This document shows, in pieces, positions 1-8,527 of a stretch of 64,000 nt of DNA. The notes beneath the pieces are model-generated. The model made no database searches. It was given only the letters and a program-made list of their open reading frames with translations, and had not been told where the DNA came from. The DNA comes from Cyclobacteriaceae bacterium (GTDB lineage: Bacteria > Bacteroidota > Bacteroidia > Cytophagales > Cyclobacteriaceae), in contig JANNQG010000004.1 of assembly GCA_031400595.1 (NCBI GenBank), positions 13,985-77,984 of the forward strand. Direction: 5' to 3'. The position numbers and the translations under genes are program-made. Each line of letters opens with the position of its first letter. Position 1 is the stretch's first letter.

Positions 1-8
1 CGCAACCC

Positions 9-2402
9 ATGTTGTTCAATCACCTAAAAATCGCTTTGCGCAATATCTTGCGAAATAAGTCTTTCAGCTTTATCAATATTGCGGGACTTGCTATCGGGCT
101 AACCACTTTCTTGGCGATAAGCTTGTATGTAGTTGATGAGCTTTCATATGATCGTTTCCACGAAAAGAAAGATCGTATTTACAGAGCCGTGATTAGCGCA
201 GACTTTGGCGGGCAAACCAACAAATGGGGTGGTGCGCCTAATCTATTGGGCCCTACTTCAATGAAAGAAATACCAGAGGTAGAAAAGGCAGCACGCGTTT
301 TTCATCACAATTTTGGGGAACTGGGCTTTATAGCCACAGAAACTGAAAAATTCTCAGAGAAAGAACTTTTCTATGCAGATCCTGAAGTGTTTGATGTCTT
401 TACTATTCCTTTCTTAAAGGGTAATAGCAAAACCGCACTTACCAGACCCAACACGATTGTGATCAGCGAAAGCGCAGAACAAAAATATTTTAATGGCGTT
501 GATCCTATTGGTAAAGTACTTACGATCGACAATGATAAGCCACTTGAAGTTACTGGTGTATACAAAGACTTCCCCCCCAATTCTTTTTTACAATGTAAAT
601 TAATCGCTTCCTTTTCTTCCAATTGGTTTGGTCAAGATAAAAATCAAAATTGGGGAAATGCGAGTTTTGATACCTTCTTTTTGCTAAACAAAGATGCCTC
701 TCAAGAGCAGGTCGATAAAAAAATTGAGGCCATGTTGGCTAAGAATATTGAGAAAGATAATCGGTGGTTCACCATTGCATTGCAGCCATTATTGGACATA
801 CGGCTTTCGTCTGGTGATCTTAATGCTACGTTTGATCGCAGGCCATATGGAGATTTAGGTCAAGTAAAGATTTTAATTGGATTGGCTCTTATTGTCATTC
901 TTATTGCAGCCATCAACTACATGAATCTGACCACTGCCCAATCGCAAAAAAGAAACAAAGAAGTTGGCATTGCCAAAACATTGGGAGCCACGTTCGCTCA
1001 ACTGAACGGCAAATTCTATTTTGAGGCTTCTGTGTTTGTGCTGCTTTCTATGCTTGCAAGTTTAGTGCTGTTTACTTTTGTGCTACCTCTTTTTAACAGT
1101 CTTTCAGGTAAATCCATCACAATGCAGTTTGCAAGCAGCGGCTATTTCTGGATTGGTTTCGTAAGCATTTGGTTGATATTAACTTTTTTGTCGGGATTTT
1201 ATCCAGCACTTTATCTTTCCTCTTTTTCTCCCAAATCAGCCTTACAAAGAACTTCATCTGGGGGCGGACAGGCTTTTATTCGAAAGGGACTAGTAGTTTT
1301 CCAATTTGCTGTATCGATCGTTCTTATCATATGCTCTGTTGGATTTTATAAGCAAATGAATTTCATCCGTGATAAAAAATTAGGGTATCAACCGGAACAG
1401 GTGGTAGCAATAATGGTGACGGGGGCGAAAGATCGCGACCAAGTGATGAGCTTGAAAACAGAATATGAAAATCTCAGCAATGTTGTGTCGGTTGGGCGTA
1501 GTCAATCATACCCAGGTATGGGTACCAGCATGCGCAATATTTTACGTGAAGGCGAAGAAGGTGATGGCGCAGCACTACTTACTACACGTGCGAGCAGTGA
1601 AGTTTTGGATGTGCTCAACATCAAATTATTGACAGGCAAGTCATTGCCCGAAACAAAAGACCCGAAAGACACTACCGTGCAAGTAGTCATAAACAAAGCT
1701 ACTGCGGATTACTTACAACTTTCGCCCGAGGAAGTTATTGGGAAACGGGTACAGATACAAGGTTTTGACGGCCCCACAGAAGTAGTGGGAGTAACTGAAG
1801 ATTTTCACTTTACTTCTCTTCATCAAAAAATAGGTGCCTTTTGCTTTCATAATGCTAAAACAGAATCACTGTCCTTCTTATTAGTAAAAGTGAATACTGA
1901 AAATTTGGCTGGCACATTGAGCCAACTGGAAGACATCTTTAAGAAAAAAATTCCCTCTGCATTCGAATATGAATTTTTAGATCAGCACCTTGATAACCTG
2001 TATAAGTCAGAACACACGTTGGCCAACGTGGTATTGCTATTTGCCAGTCTTGCTATTTTTGTTGCCTGCCTGGGACTTTATGCCTTGGCCGCGTTCACAG
2101 CAGAGCAACGCACAAAAGAAATAGGCATCCGCAAAGTAATGGGCGCGTCCGTACTACACTTAGTGGGTATGCTCTCCAAAGATTTTATAATGCTTGTGTT
2201 GATCGCTTTTATGATCGGTATACCCGCTGGTTATTATGCAATGAACTATTGGCTGGAAGATTTTGCCTACAAGACAACGATTAGTGTATCTGTATTTGCC
2301 TTGGCTGGAATAGTAAGTCTTGTTATTGCCTGGTTGACCGTGAGCTTTGAATCGTTCAAGGCTGCGAGGAGCAATCCTGTAAATAGTTTGAGGAGTGAGT
2401 AA
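9..2402 (+). CDS. ABC transporter permease, MacB/FtsX family (two periplasmic core + FtsX repeats)
   Basis: 797-aa ORF; N-terminal 'LKIALRNILRNKSFSFINIAGLAIG', internal 'INYMNLTTAQSQKRNKEVGIAKTLGA' and 'AEQRTKEIGIRKVMGAS', C-terminal 'AARSNPVNSLRSE', all typical of Bacteroidota FtsX-like permeases. Confidence 0.93.
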   Translation: MLFNHLKIALRNILRNKSFSFINIAGLAIGLTTFLAISLYVVDELSYDRFHEKKDRIYRAVISADFGGQTNKWGGAPNLLGPTSMKEIPEVEKAARVFHHNFGELGFIATETEKFSEKELFYADPEVFDVFTIPFLKGNSKTALTRPNTIVISESAEQKYFNGVDPIGKVLTIDNDKPLEVTGVYKDFPPNSFLQCKLIASFSSNWFGQDKNQNWGNASFDTFFLLNKDASQEQVDKKIEAMLAKNIEKDNRWFTIALQPLLDIRLSSGDLNATFDRRPYGDLGQVKILIGLALIVILIAAINYMNLTTAQSQKRNKEVGIAKTLGATFAQLNGKFYFEASVFVLLSMLASLVLFTFVLPLFNSLSGKSITMQFASSGYFWIGFVSIWLILTFLSGFYPALYLSSFSPKSALQRTSSGGGQAFIRKGLVVFQFAVSIVLIICSVGFYKQMNFIRDKKLGYQPEQVVAIMVTGAKDRDQVMSLKTEYENLSNVVSVGRSQSYPGMGTSMRNILREGEEGDGAALLTTRASSEVLDVLNIKLLTGKSLPETKDPKDTTVQVVINKATADYLQLSPEEVIGKRVQIQGFDGPTEVVGVTEDFHFTSLHQKIGAFCFHNAKTESLSFLLVKVNTENLAGTLSQLEDIFKKKIPSAFEYEFLDQHLDNLYKSEHTLANVVLLFASLAIFVACLGLYALAAFTAEQRTKEIGIRKVMGASVLHLVGMLSKDFIMLVLIAFMIGIPAGYYAMNYWLEDFAYKTTISVSVFALAGIVSLVIAWLTVSFESFKAARSNPVNSLRSE

Positions 2403-2408
2403 ATTGAT

Positions 2409-2471
2409 GGTTACTGGTCACTAGATTCCATTTACAGGTAACCAAAGAACCAGAAACTGGAAATTAGCAAC
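2409..2471. repeat. Degenerate heptamer repeats (AGGTAAC, CAGAAAC, TGGAAAT, TAGCAAC) with a short inverted repeat
   Basis: Near-7-bp phasing 2436-2471 (one 8-nt unit); GGTTAC (2409) pairs with GTAACC (2438-2443). Confidence 0.6.
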
Positions 2472-2475
2472 CGCT

Positions 2476-2982
2476 TTGAAGCCCGAACTTATGAAAGAAG
2501 ACTACACCATCCCCAGCGAAACCCGTATCGGTCATGTGCATTTAAAAGTCTCCGACCTAGATCGTTCATTAAAATTCTATTGTGATCTCCTGGGTTTTGA
2601 GATAACAACAAAGTTTGGGTCAGAAGCTGCTTTTATTTCAGCAGGTGGCTACCACCATCATATTGGCCTAAACACTTGGTATAGTAAGAATGCTCCACCT
2701 GCACCCTTACGAACTACTGGACTTTTTCATACCGCTATTCTCTACCCAACTCGAAAAGATTTAGCTATTGCTTACAGGAGATTGCTTGATGCCAATTATC
2801 CCTTGACAGGAGCTGCCGATCATGGTGTTTCTGAAGCATTGTATCTCAACGACCCAGATCAAAATGGCGTAGAACTTTACTGGGATCGGCCGAAGGAATT
2901 GTGGCCAAGCCATGAGGACGGGTCATTGGAGATGTATACACACCCGATTGACTTAGAAGACTTATTGAAACTAGTGAGCTAG
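2476..2982 (+). CDS. VOC/glyoxalase-family protein, CatE-like catechol dioxygenase homolog
   Basis: 'RIGHVHLKVSDL', 'GGYHHHIGLNTW', 'GLFHTAILYP', 'DHGVSEALYLNDPDQNGVELYWDRP'; TTG start 2476, alternative ATG 2491. Confidence 0.85.
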   Translation: MKPELMKEDYTIPSETRIGHVHLKVSDLDRSLKFYCDLLGFEITTKFGSEAAFISAGGYHHHIGLNTWYSKNAPPAPLRTTGLFHTAILYPTRKDLAIAYRRLLDANYPLTGAADHGVSEALYLNDPDQNGVELYWDRPKELWPSHEDGSLEMYTHPIDLEDLLKLVS

Positions 2983-3028
2983 TTCCAGGTTTCCAGTTAC
3001 CGGTAACAGGAAACTGGGAACCAGAAAC
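2982..3028. repeat. Heptamer-built palindrome between convergent genes (likely bidirectional terminator or processing hairpin)
   Basis: Perfect core GTTACCGGTAAC 2996-3007 flanked by GTTTCCA / AGGAAAC, then TGGGAAC and CAGAAAC. Confidence 0.7.
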
Positions 3029-4153
3029 CTACTTCGCAGAAAACTTATAAATTGTTTTCTGCTTGTACGTTTCTCCGGGCTTCAACACGGTAGTTGGGAA
3101 TTTTGGGTGATTAGGCGAATCGGGAAAATGTTGCGCCTCCAAACACAGAGCCGACCGAAAGCCATATTTCACACCACCCTTGCCAACGTCAGTTCCATCC
3201 AAAAAATTACCAGAATAAAACTGCAACCCCGGCTCAGTTGTCCACACCTCCATCACCCTTCCACTTTTTGGCTCGGTTACTCGGGCTGCAAATGAAAGTT
3301 CGTTTTCCTTCTTGGCAAGCACCCAGTTATGATCGAAGCCTCGCCCCAAACGTAGTTGCTCATCCGAATCATTTATGTGTTCACCGATCTTCGCAGCCTT
3401 TCTAAAATCAAAGGCAGTGTTATCGACTTCTTTTAGTTCACCGGTAGGAATCAGTGTGCTATCTATCGCACAAAATCGATCGGCATTAATTTCAACCAAA
3501 TGATCAAGAACATTGCCAGCGCCCGCCAGGTTAAAGAAAGAATGATGGGTCAAGTTAACAACGGTGGTCTCATCTGTTGTTGCTTCATAGTCGATGACCA
3601 ATTCATTTTGATCAGTTAGTGAATACGTTACTTTTACTTTCAGATTACCCGGAAAACCTTCCTCCATATCTTTGCTCAGGTAATAGAGTTCAAGTGCTTG
3701 ATTCCCATTGATTGTGACAGGCTCGACTCGCCATATCACGTTATGGAAACCAGCCCTACCGCCATGCAACGAATTCATTCCATTGTTTATTCGCAACTGA
3801 TAGTTCTTGCCCTCAAGCGAAAACCTGCCCTTTGAAATGCGATTGCCAAAGCGACCAATCATAGCTCCAAAAAAAGGATTGCCTGTCAAATACTGATCAG
3901 CACTATCGTAGCCCAAGACAATATCACCCAACACTCCATTTTTATCAGGAACATAAAGAGACATGATCTTTCCTCCTAGTGCGGTCATGGATAGTTTGAG
4001 ACCGCTACTATTTGAAATCGTATACACTGATGCAGACATAGGGGGGTAAATCATCCAACGACCAGTAGTATCCCAAGACTCTGAAGCCTTTTCTCTTTTA
4101 AAAGGAGAACAGCCAATTGTCATTAGCAATAGGCCCAGTTTAACTACCCTCAT
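3029..4153 (-). CDS. galM: Aldose 1-epimerase (galactose mutarotase), probable lipoprotein
   Basis: 'GAMIGRFGNRI', 'NSLHGG', 'NLTHHSFFNL', 'GFDHNWVL', 'TTEPGLQFYSGNFL', 'CLEAQHFPDSPN'; N-terminal 'LLLMTIGC' lipobox-like. Confidence 0.95.
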   Translation of the reverse strand: MRVVKLGLLLMTIGCSPFKREKASESWDTTGRWMIYPPMSASVYTISNSSGLKLSMTALGGKIMSLYVPDKNGVLGDIVLGYDSADQYLTGNPFFGAMIGRFGNRISKGRFSLEGKNYQLRINNGMNSLHGGRAGFHNVIWRVEPVTINGNQALELYYLSKDMEEGFPGNLKVKVTYSLTDQNELVIDYEATTDETTVVNLTHHSFFNLAGAGNVLDHLVEINADRFCAIDSTLIPTGELKEVDNTAFDFRKAAKIGEHINDSDEQLRLGRGFDHNWVLAKKENELSFAARVTEPKSGRVMEVWTTEPGLQFYSGNFLDGTDVGKGGVKYGFRSALCLEAQHFPDSPNHPKFPTTVLKPGETYKQKTIYKFSAK

Positions 4154-4252
4154 CTTACTTGAAAAGTAAGAAAAAGTAATGAATTCATTTGCTTAAAGAA
4201 CTTGATCTTTTGTATTGTTTATATTTACTTTGATCAACTAAACGTCATTATT

Positions 4253-4360
4253 ATGTCAAAAGGACAAGACAAAAAAAAGGAAACCAAGAAGGAAGCGAAA
4301 AAAACAGACGCTGAAAAAAGGGCTGAAAAGAAAGCAAGAAAAGAAAACCCTAAATATTGA
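4253..4360 (+). CDS. Small Lys/Glu-rich protein (35 aa, MSKGQDKKKETKKEAKKTDAEKRAEKKARKENPKY), below ORF-track cutoff
   Basis: Hand-translated ATG 4253 to TGA 4360; fills the gap between galM and the acylase; AT-rich leader; followed directly by a strong hairpin. Confidence 0.6.
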   Translation: MSKGQDKKKETKKEAKKTDAEKRAEKKARKENPKY

Positions 4361-4368
4361 TTTCCGAC

Positions 4369-4404
4369 AACAAATCAGCCCTTCAAATGAGGGGCTGATT
4401 TGTT
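4369..4404. terminator. Bidirectional intrinsic terminator
   Basis: AACAAATCAGCCC ... GGGCTGATTTGTT perfect 13-bp stem between the small ORF and the convergent acylase gene. Confidence 0.8.
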
Positions 4405-4409
4405 TCTTG

Positions 4410-6593
4410 CTATTCGCCAGGATGGTAGCTGCGCTCGGCATTTTTGAGCACATCTTCTTTGTAAAATAAAACGTCTTTAAACCGAGGCTCGCAATAGATT
4501 CCGGCTTGATCCCTGAAGTGGGGTGAAAGAGGATTGTTGTTCACCCCTCCGGCCAGAACTGATTTAGCTTTTACTTTTTTGCCAAACTCTACAGCCGCGA
4601 CAAAACTATTGCCGACATAGCCATACATTTTTTTTGTGCCTGGATACTTTTTGCTTCCAAAGGCTGCCAGCGAGCCCCAAAATGAGGATGCGAATGCAAC
4701 CGGCAAACTTGGTTGATTGTCATCGAATGTCGCATCGATTTTTCCTGTTAGCCTTTGAAACCGATTCACATCACCCCAGGCCACTTTCCATGAACCAAAA
4801 TCGCGTTGCAACTCGTCCACTACTTTGGCAAGTGCCTTCATTTTTACTTCGGGAGATGCTTTGACAAGGTAATCGATGACATCCAATTGACCGATTCCGG
4901 AAGGTATCTGATCAGATAATTGCACCCTAAGCTCTTGTCCCCAATAAACGGCCAATGTCATTGGCACAGAAGAAACAGAAAATTTTTTATCCCAGTCACG
5001 AAGAATAGAAATAGGTTCGGCGAATTTTTTTCGGATGGCTTCATCTGAATTTGAAATTGTGGCGTACGATTCCAATATTGAAGGAATTACTTTTTCAAAT
5101 CCTGGCAAGTAAGGATCATAGGCCGCCAGAATCAACTTATCGATCGTGAATGAGGCTTCGCGACTTAACACCTCAACGGCATGAATACCTCTTGCGTTTT
5201 CGAAATCAGGCGCCATATAAGTCGGGTACTTCGTTTTATCAGGGCTGCTAGTTCCTGCCGAGGTGAAAGGCGTAGAGTTGCAATTTTGAATCCATCCATT
5301 GGCTGGATTTAGCAATTGTATTGTCTCATTGGCATTGTGTAACCCTTTCCAGTCGGTCTCCGGATCGCTGCCATCTACCGGCACGCTATAGTCATAGGCT
5401 GTATTTCTTTTCGGCATAAAATTACCGTGCCAATACGCAATGTTGCCTTGATCACCTGCATAGGTGGTATTGTTAGATGTATTCGTTTTCAACTCCATCA
5501 CTTTTTGGAAGTCTTTCAGTCCAGACGCTTTTGTTCGCAAATAGGATTGCGTCAATGCCAGCAGCGGCTCTTGCATCATCTTAATACTAAGCCATTGCTC
5601 ACCGATTTTTGCAATCACTGGCCCATGATGCGTAAAGTAGGCAGTGAATGCCCTCTTCATCATTCCCTTGTCTGTTTTATACGAAACCACAATTTTCTTC
5701 TCACGCATCTGCTTTGTTGAATTTCCGTATTTGTAAAATAAAGAGTCGCCTTTTTTTACAATCGTCTCCTTGTACTCATCAATGGCATCTGCTGCACTCG
5801 TAGAGTGCATCCATCCACAGTGCTCATTAAAACCCTGATAAATAAAAAATTGTCCCCACGTTACGGCACCATAAGCGCTCCATCCTTCCCCGCTCGTCAT
5901 TTGAATTTCGGGGCGGAAGTAAAAAGAAGTATGCGGGTTGATCATGAGCAAAGAGTTGCCATTGGCAGAACGAGAAGGAGCAATCGCGAACCCATTGGAT
6001 CCTTTTGGTTCGGGCTCTAATCCATCATCTAAATTAATTTGTTCAATTTTCGTGGCATCCTTTCCTCCTCCGTAAAACTCTTTCAATTTGGTAAGCGAGA
6101 CCGCTTCAATATCACCCCCAATGCTGCCTTCGCTAAACAACAACGGCATCCAGGGCTGAAAACGCTTTATCAATTGCGGCTTCTTTTCGGGATGTGTGTA
6201 TAAAAAATAATTCAAGCCATCCGCAAAAGCATGTATCAGTTTTTTCATCTCACCCTGGCTACTGTTGAAAATGGAAATGGCCAAGGTGCTATCCTGAAAC
6301 AATCGTGTTCTTAAATCATTGTACAATTTGCCCTCCCCGTCCACTTCGGCCAATCGACCCAAGGCATTAATGTAGTTCAACTCGACTCTTTCAAAATCAT
6401 CCTCGCATTGCGCATATAACATTCCAAACACGGCATCTGCGTCCGTTTTACCATACACGTGCGCAATGCCCCAGTTGTCGCGAATGATCTCAATCCCCGC
6501 GGCTTGCTTTTTCCATCGACTGATTTCGTCTGACGTAAATTTCTGGGCTGACAGCGAAGAGGAAATGAGAAGTAAAAAAAGTAGTTTTTTCAT
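4410..6593 (-). CDS. Penicillin acylase / AHL acylase family Ntn hydrolase
   Basis: Signal peptide; 'IIRDNWGIAHVYG', 'FGMLYAQCED', beta-chain nucleophile 'G|SNGFAIAPSRS', 'NPH', 'WIQNCN'. Confidence 0.93.
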   Translation of the reverse strand: MKKLLFLLLISSSLSAQKFTSDEISRWKKQAAGIEIIRDNWGIAHVYGKTDADAVFGMLYAQCEDDFERVELNYINALGRLAEVDGEGKLYNDLRTRLFQDSTLAISIFNSSQGEMKKLIHAFADGLNYFLYTHPEKKPQLIKRFQPWMPLLFSEGSIGGDIEAVSLTKLKEFYGGGKDATKIEQINLDDGLEPEPKGSNGFAIAPSRSANGNSLLMINPHTSFYFRPEIQMTSGEGWSAYGAVTWGQFFIYQGFNEHCGWMHSTSAADAIDEYKETIVKKGDSLFYKYGNSTKQMREKKIVVSYKTDKGMMKRAFTAYFTHHGPVIAKIGEQWLSIKMMQEPLLALTQSYLRTKASGLKDFQKVMELKTNTSNNTTYAGDQGNIAYWHGNFMPKRNTAYDYSVPVDGSDPETDWKGLHNANETIQLLNPANGWIQNCNSTPFTSAGTSSPDKTKYPTYMAPDFENARGIHAVEVLSREASFTIDKLILAAYDPYLPGFEKVIPSILESYATISNSDEAIRKKFAEPISILRDWDKKFSVSSVPMTLAVYWGQELRVQLSDQIPSGIGQLDVIDYLVKASPEVKMKALAKVVDELQRDFGSWKVAWGDVNRFQRLTGKIDATFDDNQPSLPVAFASSFWGSLAAFGSKKYPGTKKMYGYVGNSFVAAVEFGKKVKAKSVLAGGVNNNPLSPHFRDQAGIYCEPRFKDVLFYKEDVLKNAERSYHPGE

Positions 6594-6712
6594 TTTAGTG
6601 TACTTTTACGAGGACGTCAATATAATAATTCAAATCACAAAGAATGGATTGTTTTACACTAAAGGAACTTACTTTACGTCTTTAAAGTTATTTGAACCTG
6701 ATTTTAACCCCT

Positions 6713-8449
6713 ATGTCTGTAGTAAAAGCTAAATCGAAAGTGACCATTGGCCATGTTTTTAAGACCATCATCTGGCCAAGAAAAAATATACTGTTTGTAG
6801 GATTGCTGTTGATCATTATAAGCCGGGCGGCCGGCCTGGTGCCCCCTTGGGCAACAAAGCCATTTATGGACGACATCCTCGTCCGTCACGACCTCGATAA
6901 ACTTCCAGAACTATTGATTTGGGTTACGGTGGCCATTCTAATACAGGCAGTCACTTCATTTTTATTGACAAGAATATTAAGTGTAGAGGCACAACGGCTT
7001 ATCTCCATTCTTCGATCAAATGTGCAGAAACACCTGCTTAGGCTTCCTACTCGCTTTTTCGACAATCAAAAGTCGGGCGCTTTAGTATCCAGAGTAATGA
7101 ACGATGTGGAAGGCGTGAGAAACCTTGTCGGCACGGGTTTAGTTCAGTTGGTTGGGGGTGTTTTGACAGCCGTTATCTCTGTCATCTTTTTGATCAATAT
7201 AAATCCATTAATGACATTGTTCATTTTGTTACCGATGTCGATTTTCGGTGTCATTACATTGAAAGCTTTCTCTATAATCAGGCCCGTTTTCCGGGAGCGT
7301 GGAAAAATAACCGCTGAGGTGACTGGCCGCCTAACCGAAACATTAAATGGCGTAAGAGTCATCAAAGGATTTAATGCCGAGCAACAAGAAATTAAGGTTT
7401 TTGAAAAGGGAGTTGAACAGCTTTTTCTAAATGTTAAGAAAAGCCTTACCTCCACCAGCTTTGTAACCAGTTCCGGAACTTTCCTTGTTGGACTAGCTAG
7501 CGTGGGCATCATGGGGTTGAGTGGATACTTTAACTTGACAGCGGGTGATTTTCTTCAATTCACAATGTTTATGGTTTTCATGATTGCTCCTATTGTACAA
7601 ATGAGCAATATTGGAAGTCAGCTAACCGAAGCTTTTGCGGGTCTTGACCGTACCGAAGAATTAATGAACATGCCCATCGAAGATGACGGCACTTTGCGAA
7701 CAATTAGCATGAATGAAATTAAAGGAAACATTGAATTCAACGATGTTTCATTCGCCTACGAAGAGGGCAAGGCTGTTCTAAAGAATATTAGCTTTTCTTC
7801 TCCGGCAGGATCTGTTACAGCACTAGTAGGCACTTCTGGATCTGGCAAGACAACTATTGCAGGATTGGCTGCCACCTTTTTAAATCCAGAAAGTGGTTCT
7901 ATTACAATTGATGGAGTTGATCTGGAAAAGGTTTCCCTGAACAGCTATCGAAGTCAATTGGGTGTAGTGCTACAAGACGATTTTTTGTTTGAAGGAACTA
8001 TCCGTGAAAACATACTTTTCCCACGACCGAACGCTACCGAAGACGAACTTCAGAGGGCGGTGCGGGCTGCATTTGTGCATGAGTTTACAGATCGCTTTGA
8101 AAAAGGTCTGGAGACTGTCATTGGTGAAAGGGGTGTAAAATTATCTGGTGGGCAACGTCAACGCATTGCCATCGCACGAGCGATCTTGGCGAATCCAAGA
8201 ATCTTAATTTTGGATGAGGCGACATCTAATCTAGACACAGAAAGTGAAAGCTTCATTCAAGACAGCCTAAAAACATTGATGCAGGGTAGGACTACATTTG
8301 TAATTGCCCATCGACTAAGTACTATTCGCCAGGCCGATCAAATTCTGGTTGTTGAGGAAGGACAAATTCAGGAACGCGGTAAGCACGAAGAATTGATTGA
8401 AAAGAAAGGAAGATACTTTCAGCTCTATACCTACCAAGCAAGAATTTAA
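6713..8449 (+). CDS. ABC transporter, fused TMD + ATPase (MsbA/MdlB-like exporter)
   Basis: Walker A 'GTSGSGKTT', signature 'LSGGQRQR', Walker B 'ILILDEATS', 'IAHRLST'; ATG 6713 preferred over the track's TTG 6692. Confidence 0.95.
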   Translation: MSVVKAKSKVTIGHVFKTIIWPRKNILFVGLLLIIISRAAGLVPPWATKPFMDDILVRHDLDKLPELLIWVTVAILIQAVTSFLLTRILSVEAQRLISILRSNVQKHLLRLPTRFFDNQKSGALVSRVMNDVEGVRNLVGTGLVQLVGGVLTAVISVIFLININPLMTLFILLPMSIFGVITLKAFSIIRPVFRERGKITAEVTGRLTETLNGVRVIKGFNAEQQEIKVFEKGVEQLFLNVKKSLTSTSFVTSSGTFLVGLASVGIMGLSGYFNLTAGDFLQFTMFMVFMIAPIVQMSNIGSQLTEAFAGLDRTEELMNMPIEDDGTLRTISMNEIKGNIEFNDVSFAYEEGKAVLKNISFSSPAGSVTALVGTSGSGKTTIAGLAATFLNPESGSITIDGVDLEKVSLNSYRSQLGVVLQDDFLFEGTIRENILFPRPNATEDELQRAVRAAFVHEFTDRFEKGLETVIGERGVKLSGGQRQRIAIARAILANPRILILDEATSNLDTESESFIQDSLKTLMQGRTTFVIAHRLSTIRQADQILVVEEGQIQERGKHEELIEKKGRYFQLYTYQARI

Positions 8450-8477
8450 AAATATTAATTCAGCCACAGCCAGAAAC

Positions 8478-8507
8478 AAAATGAGCCACATACGTGTGGC
8501 TCATTTT
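8478..8507. terminator. Bidirectional intrinsic terminator
   Basis: AAAATGAGCCACA-TACG-TGTGGCTCATTTT perfect stem between convergent genes. Confidence 0.85.
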
Positions 8508-8527
8508 ATTGTATGCAAGACTAGATT

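Noticed and set aside
4256-4453. 65-aa Phe-rich minus-strand ORF
   Set aside because: It is the reverse complement of the A-rich small plus-strand gene and crosses the terminator and the acylase stop.
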